32,000 nucleotides of DNA. Source: Microcystis aeruginosa NIES-843. Its GTDB lineage: Bacteria > Cyanobacteriota > Cyanobacteriia > Cyanobacteriales > Microcystaceae. The stretch is taken from contig NC_010296.1 of assembly GCF_000010625.1 (NCBI RefSeq), positions 2,490,001 to 2,522,000 on the forward strand, in the 5' to 3' direction. This document shows, in pieces, positions 7,730-14,778 of the stretch. The first letter of the stretch is position 1. Each line of letters starts with the position of its first letter. Both the position numbers and the translations under genes were made by a program. The notes beneath the pieces are model-generated. The model was not told the DNA's origin. It was given only the letters and a program-made list of their open reading frames with translations, and ran no database searches.

Positions 7730-9269
7730 TTACCTTTTGCCCCGAAATAATGCGATTTGTGCCATTACTAATCACTTTTTCGGTTCCGTCTAATGTTCCT
7801 CGCACGAGAACTCGCTCCCCATCGGTGTATAAAACCTCCACATCCCGACGTTCTACGACAAATCCTTGGGCTGCATTCCCATCTCCTAGGACATAAATCG
7901 ACCATAATCCTCGAATTCCCTTAACAAGAGCGGTACTAGGTAGCCAATAACCCGAAGTATTAATGTTTTGTTGCCATTTCCAGGTGACAATTTGTCCAGT
8001 GGTTAGCAGCGGTGAGGTAGCCTCGCCGCTACTTCCTGCTCCTTTAACTTGAAAAACCACCGTCACGGTACGACTAGCAGCATCTAGTTCAGGTAAAATT
8101 GCCTTAACGGTCGCTGAATAAGATTTTTGGTCAATTTTTAGGGTTTGTGATTGTCCGATCTTAATCTCAGAAGTCAGGGACGTAGGAACACCAATATGGG
8201 CTTTAACGCCGTCTAATTGCACCAAACGCACCACCCCTTGACCCGCTTGTACCGCCGTTCCTTGATCGAGATAACGTTTTTGAATTTTGCCCGAAAAAGG
8301 GGCTTTAAGAACGGTCTTTTCTAAATCAAGTTCAATACTAGCTAAACGACTATCTAGCTGTTTAATAGCTGCTTTTTGGGCTTCAATCACTTCCCTGCGA
8401 GTCCCTGCTAACAACTCATCCAGTTGACTTTGAGCCTGTTTAACCCTTGCTTGCTGTTGAGTTAAGATTTCAGGGCGTGTTCCTGCTAATAGCTCATCTA
8501 ATTGGCTCTGGGCTTCATTAACCCTTGCCTGTTGACTATCCATATCTGTGACGACTTCGTCAAACTGTTCAAGAGAAATAGCCCCTTGCGTATAAAGATT
8601 CTGTCGTCGCTCCCGTTTACTACGAGCCAAAGCTAATTGTGCTTGGAGGGTTTTCAAACGCGCTTGGGCTGCCGCAATGGTTTCAGTGCGAGGTCCCACT
8701 TCCATCTCTTGTAGTTGAGCTTTTTCTTGAGCCAAATTTGCTTGGGCTGCGGCAATGGTTTCAGCACGAGAACCCGCCTCCATTTCTTTTAATTGTGCTA
8801 AAGCCTGTTGTTTTTGGGCTAATAAGTCTTGTGTTTGGGCGATTAATTGACGGTCATCTAAACGAGCAAGGGGCGTTCCTTGATTCACCCATTGTCCTTC
8901 TGTCACCAGCAGTTGAGTCATTGTTCCTCCTCGTTCAAACCCTAAATCACTGGTGTTTTGAGCGACAATTTCCCCAGTGTAAGTTCGAGACTGTTGATAA
9001 GCATTGACCTGTACTAGCTGGTCGATTTCAACGGGGAGAAAATGTTCATTTTCAGCAACAGAAGGGGCGATTGGTTGAGTTGGTTGACTGATTGACCCAA
9101 TCCCATAACCGACTCCTAACAATAAAAGTCCCCCAAGATACCATCGCCGAGCCCCTTGGAAACGGCGTTTTGAGTGTTTTTGAGGTTCAGAAGAGGTGGC
9201 AGTGATTTTTAGGGGATCTTCCGACATAGGGGGTGACATAGGATGGCTATCTGGCATAAGTCTATTCAT
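7713..9269 (-). CDS. HlyD-family membrane-fusion / periplasmic adaptor protein, 518 aa
   Basis: It has an N-terminal anchor (WYLGGLLLLGVGYGIGSI) and a long Q/A/E/L-rich coiled coil with internal repeats (AQSQLDELLAGTR twice; ETIAAAQA twice). A C-terminal beta-rich region follows, and the gene lies immediately upstream of the RND permease. Confidence 0.85.
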   Translation of the reverse strand: MNRLMPDSHPMSPPMSEDPLKITATSSEPQKHSKRRFQGARRWYLGGLLLLGVGYGIGSISQPTQPIAPSVAENEHFLPVEIDQLVQVNAYQQSRTYTGEIVAQNTSDLGFERGGTMTQLLVTEGQWVNQGTPLARLDDRQLIAQTQDLLAQKQQALAQLKEMEAGSRAETIAAAQANLAQEKAQLQEMEVGPRTETIAAAQARLKTLQAQLALARSKRERRQNLYTQGAISLEQFDEVVTDMDSQQARVNEAQSQLDELLAGTRPEILTQQQARVKQAQSQLDELLAGTRREVIEAQKAAIKQLDSRLASIELDLEKTVLKAPFSGKIQKRYLDQGTAVQAGQGVVRLVQLDGVKAHIGVPTSLTSEIKIGQSQTLKIDQKSYSATVKAILPELDAASRTVTVVFQVKGAGSSGEATSPLLTTGQIVTWKWQQNINTSGYWLPSTALVKGIRGLWSIYVLGDGNAAQGFVVERRDVEVLYTDGERVLVRGTLDGTEKVISNGTNRIISGQKVKISKQ

Positions 9270-9324
9270 TAAAGAATTTAACGTGAAGACGGGGATGGGT
9301 CTCAGCTTATCTACAACTGCTGTC

Positions 9325-10299
9325 TTATTCTTTCCGAATTTTATTTTTCAAACGACACCCCACGGCAATAATGCCTAAACTCATTAAGCCAAGGGTAACA
9401 GAGGGGTCGGGAGTCGAAACAATTCTCAGTTGCAGGGGAAATTGAATAGAAACCACGGGATTTAATGGGCCAATTGAGGGATCGATAAAAACGTCATCTG
9501 GGACAACGGCGGCATCTTCACTGACTAATTGTACTTTATTAGAACCCACATCGGCTAAGAAAGCATTGGCTAATCCGTCAAATTCTCCGAGCAGGCCAGC
9601 TACCTTAGAAACACTAAAGGGATCACTAATAATCGCTTCAGAGTCATCATCAGGAGCGGTGGTTGCACCATATTCTAAGAATGAATAAATATCGCTATAA
9701 CCAAAGCTAAGAATTTTAGTGTTGTCCAACAATAAAAAGCTTTCCACTTCCTTAGAATTAGCGGCATAAATGCGTTCTTCTAGAGAAGACGTAGGAGAGG
9801 AAAAATAGTTCTCTCCATTAATATCATTTCCTAAATTCCAACTCTTGGTAAAATCCCCGTTTTTAGGACCAAAACTAAACCCAATACGATCGACATTAAT
9901 ACTGTTATTGGTGAGGAAAGTCGCAAAGTTAGAAAATCCTGTAATATTATTTAACAATGTGGCGGATCGGGTTGCTCCTAAAGGATTAACCAAATTTTCG
10001 GGACTAAAATCAATCCCCGCAGCATAATAGGGGGCTGGATTTCCGGGTGAATTTAAAGCGGTTTCAGTGTGACCGGCGCCATAGCCCACAAATCCTTGAG
10101 GAGTCGGGTCTGTTCGTTTTCCAAATAACCGCAAACAGTTATTAGAAGCAATAGGCCGAGTTGCAATAAATTGGATGGAACTAAAATCAAATAAATCACC
10201 TGTTTCACAACTAGCAGCACGAGTGGGAAGGGGAGCTAATAAAGTGGCTGTTCCAGCGGTAGTTAGCCCAAGCAATAAAGCAAAATGACGCATAGACAT
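9325..10299 (-). CDS. PEP-CTERM-type secreted protein (PDP variant), 324 aa
   Basis: The signal peptide is MSMRHFALLLGLTTAGTATLLAPLPTRAAS. The C-terminus STPDPSVTLGLMSLGIIAVGCRLKNKIRKE has the Pro-x-Pro motif, a hydrophobic helix and a basic tail. Confidence 0.6.
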   Translation of the reverse strand: MSMRHFALLLGLTTAGTATLLAPLPTRAASCETGDLFDFSSIQFIATRPIASNNCLRLFGKRTDPTPQGFVGYGAGHTETALNSPGNPAPYYAAGIDFSPENLVNPLGATRSATLLNNITGFSNFATFLTNNSINVDRIGFSFGPKNGDFTKSWNLGNDINGENYFSSPTSSLEERIYAANSKEVESFLLLDNTKILSFGYSDIYSFLEYGATTAPDDDSEAIISDPFSVSKVAGLLGEFDGLANAFLADVGSNKVQLVSEDAAVVPDDVFIDPSIGPLNPVVSIQFPLQLRIVSTPDPSVTLGLMSLGIIAVGCRLKNKIRKE

Positions 10300-10629
10300 G
10301 AGTTTTTTCCTAATTCAAAATAGAGAGATTCTGAAAAACCTTTTGTGGTTTTTGCTGATCAGCATACTTCTAAATTGCTGAAGATTAGAGATTTAGATAG
10401 ATTAATTTTAGATTTGATGATTAAGTTTTTTTAAGTTCAATCTATCTAGACATCATCTAAGTAGGGAGGCACAATTATTTGTAGGATGGGTTAGCGGTAG
10501 CGTAACATAATCGGGCGTTGGGTTTCATGCTTCAACCCAACCTACGTTCATCTTATATTTAATTCCACCCACCCACTTATATCTAGTTTAAAATAGGAAA
10601 GTCCTCAGCAAAATGGAGAATCTTTGGCA
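10274..10629 (-). repeat. 5' cassette copy A (236 bp plus a 120-bp MITE-B insertion with TSD): promoter/leader and first 9 codons of the PEP-CTERM gene at 9325-10299
   Basis: After removing 10460-10579, it aligns with 11549-11784 with only 2 mismatches seen by eye (tgatc/tgctc and atact/atatt). Confidence 0.85.
10460..10577 (+). mobile_element. MITE family B, copy 2 (118 bp), TSD TA
   Basis: TA sits at 10458-10459 and 10578-10579. The paralogous uninterrupted site is catcTAtatctag, with TA at 11733-11734. Imperfect TIRs are AGTAGGGAGG / AGTGGGTGGG (rc of the right end). Confidence 0.85.
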
Positions 10630-10797
10630 CAATTTGTCAATTCTTTGTTTTTGTTGAGGAGTCTAGTTAAATGATTTAGTAAAAAATTATAGCGTTTCCC
10701 AATCTCATGAGGTACATTAAAATCTTAACTCCTGGCTCCTGAATTCTCAAAACCTAAGACTTTGCACCTCACAACTATGGGAATTGCTATAGTAGTT

Positions 10798-11574
10798 TTA
10801 TTTAATACATAAAAATTTAGAATAACCTGCAGCTAATACAACCATTAATAATCCTAATATACTGCTTGGTTCAGGGACACTTTGAGTCGATAAAGGCACA
10901 AATGAACGATCTGCTCTACCGATAGCAATTTGTAGCCCTTCCACCGATTGAGTCGCTCCAGCTTTTACTAAAAAATCACTAAATTCTTTAGTGAAAAGAA
11001 AAGGAACAGGTTCCAGTGACCAAGTATTATTATTGAGGTCAACATTAGGTAATCCGGGTTCGATCGGACTGAGAACTTTAAGACCTGTATTGAGCGTATC
11101 GGTTATAAAAACCAAAAAGGGTAAGGGAATATCTGGATTAGTGTTTGTTTGGAAGGATGCGGAAAAATTTCCTATTTCTAAAACCGAGGGAAGACTCAAC
11201 TTATTTTGATCAACGTTAAAAAATATACTTCCCGTAAATTCAGTTGTTCCACTAATCACTTCATAATTGCCTGTTTCTTGATCGTAACTAAATACCCAGT
11301 CAGTTCCTCGTATATTGGGATCAGAACTAGGAGGAAGAATATTAAAAGCATAATCGTATCCCTGTGCGGGAGTATCAGTATTCTCAACCGATGCCAAAGA
11401 TAAACCAATACTTTCTAAGACGGCTAATCCATCGGGATCAAAGCTAAGACTTTCTTTTCCACCTGTTTCGATATAAATGACAGGTTCAGCTTGTACGGAA
11501 GGAGACGGTAGCATGACTGTGCTGATCATTGTCAGTCCGAGTCCGAGTAATAAAGCAAAATGACGCATAGACAT
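10798..11574 (-). CDS. PEP-CTERM secreted protein, 258 aa
   Basis: The signal peptide is MSMRHFALLLGLGLTMISTVMLPSPSVQA. The C-terminus VPEPSSILGLLMVVLAAGYSKFLCIK is a canonical PEP motif followed by a TM helix. Confidence 0.7.
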   Translation of the reverse strand: MSMRHFALLLGLGLTMISTVMLPSPSVQAEPVIYIETGGKESLSFDPDGLAVLESIGLSLASVENTDTPAQGYDYAFNILPPSSDPNIRGTDWVFSYDQETGNYEVISGTTEFTGSIFFNVDQNKLSLPSVLEIGNFSASFQTNTNPDIPLPFLVFITDTLNTGLKVLSPIEPGLPNVDLNNNTWSLEPVPFLFTKEFSDFLVKAGATQSVEGLQIAIGRADRSFVPLSTQSVPEPSSILGLLMVVLAAGYSKFLCIK

Positions 11575-11784
11575 GAGTTTTTTCCTAATTCAAAATAGAG
11601 AGATTCTGAAAAACCTTTTGTGGTTTTTGCTGCTCAGCATATTTCTAAATTGCTGAAGATTAGAGATTTAGATAGATTAATTTTAGATTTGATGATTAAG
11701 TTTTTTTAAGTTCAATCTATCTAGACATCATCTATATCTAGTTTAAAATAGGAAAGTCCTCAGCAAAATGGAGAATCTTTGGCA
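11549..11784 (-). repeat. 5' cassette copy B (236 bp, uninterrupted) of the PEP-CTERM gene at 10798-11574
   Basis: See copy A. The similarity ends exactly at ...aatctttggca (11784), where the IS5-type transposase remnant begins. Confidence 0.85.
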
Positions 11785-12268
11785 GAAGACGACTTTGACT
11801 GCGATTAACAGCCCGAAGGTATCGACTAATGTGAATCTCTTTCTTCCTTTAATCCGTTTCCCCGCATCATAACCCACCTCTTGATTAATCATCGTGGCGG
11901 TTTTGACCGATTGGCTGTCTAAAACTCCCGCGCTCGCCGCCGTTAGATGACCTTCCATCGTCCTGACGTAATCCCGGAGACAGTTATGGATTTTCAGCCA
12001 TGTTCCGTCTTGAGTCCACTTTCTCAAGTAGTAGTAAGCTAAGACGCATCTTAACCGCCTATCCTTAGATTAGCTAAATCTCCCCTAATCCCTTTACTTT
12101 TGCCTCTTGCAAGAGTGCAAGAGTGCAAGAGTGCCTCATCTCAACAAGCAATTTAAATGCGCGGGCAGCTTATACTGTCCCGTCAGGCGGGTAGTCCTGG
12201 GGCAGCCACCGCCACGCGCATTACCTACAGAGGACGTAAAATAGGGCGTTGATGACACCGATGCAAAA
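11785..12268 (-). pseudogene. IS5-family transposase remnant, truncated at both ends, with an internal stop and split by MITE-C
   Basis: Manual translation of the minus strand gives FCIGVINALFYVLCR*CAWRWLPQDYPPDGTV (12173-12268). This is followed by the 134-bp MITE plus TA, then YYYLRKWTQDGTWLKIHNCLRDYVRTMEGH...GVLDSQSVKTA...GYDAGKRIKGRKRFTLVDTFGLLIAVKV (about 11790-12036). INA.FYVL..GC.WR.LP.D.PP...VY.YFR.W..DG.W and DSQSVKT...GYDAGKK.KGRKRH.LVDT.GLL are hallmark IS5-family blocks. Confidence 0.8.
12037..12170 (-). mobile_element. MITE family C, copy 2 (134 bp), TSD TA, inserted in the IS5-family transposase gene
   Basis: TA sits at 12035-12036 and 12171-12172. Removing the element plus one TA fuses ...PPDGTV to YYYLRKW... 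in one frame. The ends are AGCTAAGACGCATC... and ...ATGCGCGGGCAGCT. It contains TGCAAGAG x3 (12108-12131), which copy 1 lacks. Confidence 0.75.
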
Positions 12269-12588
12269 GTTAGTTCGGGTCTAGGTTTTAAGAAATTCCG
12301 CCCAAGAAGATTCATATCTCAAATCAGCAACGCCTTGCATGACTACTTACTATAATTTGAAGTGCGGAATGTGGGTTTTAAAAATTTGCGGAAAGACGCA
12401 TCTCCGCTTGTAGATCAAAGACAAGCTCAATACAACACTTTCCGAGACGGAACATCCCATGCAATCACCGAAAGGCTTACTGTATAAGCACTTCAACCCT
12501 AGTAGTTGTACTTGAGCGATCAGCCAAGTGCTGTAATTTCCTTATCAAGAATTAAGAAGATCAGGAAATCAGTTTTGTCTGTGATGGA

Positions 12589-13548
12589 GTGAAAACCATC
12601 TTTTGTCAAAAAATTATCTATTTTGAAAATTATAGGAACAGTCTCATGCTTTTAACTCCAAACTGTAACCCTCTTAACTCCCTTAACTTCTCTCATTCTA
12701 CGACTAACTTTCTTAATTCCGTCCCTCAGCAAGAAATAGCTGAATCCATATCTGTTATTCAATATTTAATCAATCAAATCCCTGAATCTGTATTGTGGAT
12801 CGATTCCCAAGGACGGATTAAGCATTACAATGATGCGGCTTGTGCTTTATTGGGACATTCCAGAGAACAGTTATCTAATTTGACTATAGAAGAAGCTGCT
12901 CAAGATTTTTTAAACTCAGATTGGTCCAGATACTGGAAATTAATTCAACGTCGAGGTTTTGGACGTTTGATCACACACCATCCTTATTATGAGGATCATC
13001 AATCCCTCGATATTACGGTTAACTTTCTCAAATATGGAGATCAGGATTATATAAGCATAGTAGCTCGTTCTTTAAATTTTCTAGAATCTGAAAAAGATGG
13101 CTACGCTTGCAGAATTCATCCTTCTGTTAACTCAAAACAAGCTCCTCAATCGTTGATACAGCGTTCTTCTAACCCTCAACCGAATTTCTTTGATTCTTTG
13201 GCTTCTTTCTACCCTGATAGTTCTCAATTAAAACCAGTTTTTGAGTTTATTGAGGCAAATTATAGTCAACCCATTACCCTCAATGATGTGGCTGGATCGG
13301 CTGGTTATTCTCCTGCTTATTTAACCAATTTAGTTAAGCGTCGCACCGGCAAAACGATTATTCATTGGATTGTGGAACGAAGAATGCTAGAAGCCCAATC
13401 CTTGTTACTGAAAACCCATGAGTCAATTACCAAAATTGCCGCCACCGTTGGGTTTACTGACCCCTATTATTTTTCCCGTCGCTTTAGTCAGTTACATAAA
13501 GTATCTCCTAAACGTTGGCGAGAAAAATATCAAACTCAAGTAGCTTAA
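12589..13548 (+). CDS. PAS-domain / AraC-family (HTH_18) transcriptional regulator, 319 aa from the GTG; the true start may be the ATG at 12646
   Basis: The N-terminal half is PAS-like (SVLWIDSQGRIKHYNDAACALLGHSREQLSNLTIEE). The C-terminus carries the AraC double HTH (ITLNDVAGSAGYSPAYLTNLVKRRTGKTIIHWIVERRMLEAQSLLLKTHESITKIAATVGFTDPYYFSRRFSQLHKVSPKRWRE). Confidence 0.8.
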   Translation: MKTIFCQKIIYFENYRNSLMLLTPNCNPLNSLNFSHSTTNFLNSVPQQEIAESISVIQYLINQIPESVLWIDSQGRIKHYNDAACALLGHSREQLSNLTIEEAAQDFLNSDWSRYWKLIQRRGFGRLITHHPYYEDHQSLDITVNFLKYGDQDYISIVARSLNFLESEKDGYACRIHPSVNSKQAPQSLIQRSSNPQPNFFDSLASFYPDSSQLKPVFEFIEANYSQPITLNDVAGSAGYSPAYLTNLVKRRTGKTIIHWIVERRMLEAQSLLLKTHESITKIAATVGFTDPYYFSRRFSQLHKVSPKRWREKYQTQVA

Positions 13549-13615
13549 ATGATGGCTGAGTTTTAGGTTTTAGGTTCTAAGTATTTAAACTTTACACCTT
13601 ACATAATCATGATTG

Positions 13616-13634
13616 AGGTGGGCAATGCCCACCT
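13616..13634. terminator. GC-rich hairpin between convergent genes, a possible bidirectional terminator
   Basis: aggtgggc-aat-gcccacct forms an 8-bp perfect stem. It sits in the 100-bp gap between the AraC gene stop (13548) and the stop of the minus-strand gene (13649). There is no clear U-tract. Confidence 0.35.
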
Positions 13635-13648
13635 TAGTAGTGCTTAAA

Positions 13649-14167
13649 TTATCCCTGTTTGATGGCAGAAAGATAAGGAGATTGACGAGAGAGTGAAAGG
13701 GTAATACCTAGTTGGGATAAATCAACCATTTTATCTTTTAGGATAAACCCTAAGCCATATTTTTCTACCACAGGAAGCGGTAATTTGGCGGCATGACTAT
13801 AAACCACTCTAACGGTATCTTTGCTTCCTTTATTGGGTAAATTATTAGGTTTTTTTTGAACAGATTCACCTAAAAACTGGAGAGAGCTACAGGTTTTATT
13901 TGCTTGTTGGGCAATGTGGAGAAATTCAGAAATTGCTTGCTCTAATTCCTGTGTCAAGGCATTAATCTTCTCACCAACTTCCAACAGTTGATACTCCTGT
14001 TTAGATAACAGTTTTTCTAGCTTATCTTGCAGTTCTGTTTCAAGCTGTACAACGGCTGAAGTTAATAATTCTTGGAGCATTTGCGGAGATTTATGAGCGG
14101 TTTCAATCGGTTGAGTAGTGGAATAAATCTCTGTAACAGATGGGTTAAGAACATGAGTCTCTATCAT
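13649..14167 (-). CDS. Hypothetical protein, 172 aa, with a coiled-coil-rich N-terminal half
   Basis: This is an ORF-track ORF, divergent from the carrier-protein gene across a 285-bp AT-rich gap. I recognise no family. The C-terminal VRVVYSHAAKLPLPVVEKYGLGFILKDKMVDL is only weakly reminiscent of SpoVT/AbrB-type swapped-hairpin domains, which are C-terminal in cyanobacterial AbrB-like regulators. Confidence 0.5.
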   Translation of the reverse strand: MIETHVLNPSVTEIYSTTQPIETAHKSPQMLQELLTSAVVQLETELQDKLEKLLSKQEYQLLEVGEKINALTQELEQAISEFLHIAQQANKTCSSLQFLGESVQKKPNNLPNKGSKDTVRVVYSHAAKLPLPVVEKYGLGFILKDKMVDLSQLGITLSLSRQSPYLSAIKQG

Positions 14168-14452
14168 AATTTTTACCTAGTAACTAGCAACTTAACTTTG
14201 TTACCTTTTATTGTAAGAAAAAAGGAGTTGAAATTTAATGGATAATATTTTGTATTGTCTGCTAGGTTTTTCGATTATATTTATATGGTAAAAATGTACT
14301 AAATTTGGCCATAAAAAATAGGAATAAAAAAAATCCAGTTTTGGCGAAAAATAAAACATGGCTGATCAATGGGTAGAGGAATAAACTAGGAATATAAGTT
14401 AAGCAATCTTAGGTTGCTACAACACTTTTTTCACGTTAAAGGAACTTAACCC

Positions 14453-14716
14453 ATGATGACAACTGTTCAATCTCCTTGTACCGTTGAAGACATTCAAAAC
14501 TGGCTCGTTGATCAGTTTGCTCAACAACTCGATGTTGACCTTGATGACATTGATATTGAAGAACCTTTTGATAATTATGAACTCGACTCACGAAAAGCGT
14601 TAGTTTTATTAGGACGCTTAGAAAAATGGCTCGGAAAGGAATTAAATCCTGTGGTCATTTTTAACTATCCCACCATTGCTGAATTAGCAACCCGATTAGG
14701 GGAATTATATCTTTAA
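14453..14716 (+). CDS. Free-standing acyl/peptidyl carrier protein, 87 aa
   Basis: The phosphopantetheine-site motif is YELDSRKAL (Ser46, 14588-14590), followed by FNYPTIAELATRL, which is typical of PKS-type ACP helix III. It is the first gene of the co-directional cluster. Confidence 0.85.
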   Translation: MMTTVQSPCTVEDIQNWLVDQFAQQLDVDLDDIDIEEPFDNYELDSRKALVLLGRLEKWLGKELNPVVIFNYPTIAELATRLGELYL

Positions 14717-14778
14717 CTTTTTCTTGTATTCTTTCTTATTCACTCTATTCCTCATCACATTTTAGGAGAATTTCACCA

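Noticed and set aside
6682-9007. Plus-strand ORFs 6682-6876 and 8639-9007
   Set aside because: They lie entirely antisense within the RND permease and MFP genes. Their composition is low-complexity and Leu/Phe-rich, typical of antisense frames.
9196-11403. Plus-strand ORFs 9196-9378, 9845-10027, 10991-11209 and 11206-11403
   Set aside because: They are antisense to or overlap the MFP start and the two PEP-CTERM genes, and have no independent support.
11743-12027. 94-aa ORF taken as an intact small gene
   Set aside because: It is a fragment of an IS5-family transposase. Its called start is an internal TTG, its last 14 residues (VFCQRFSILLRTFLF) derive from the duplicated PEP-CTERM 5' cassette, and the conserved N-terminal part lies upstream beyond a MITE insertion.
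12173-12588. tRNA or other structured RNA gene in the GC-rich patch around 12155-12230
   Set aside because: The apparent stems (atgcgcg...cgcgcat and others) are explained by the MITE-C terminus plus IS5-family transposase coding sequence (CAWRWLPQDYPP). No tRNA-like T-arm or anticodon architecture was seen.
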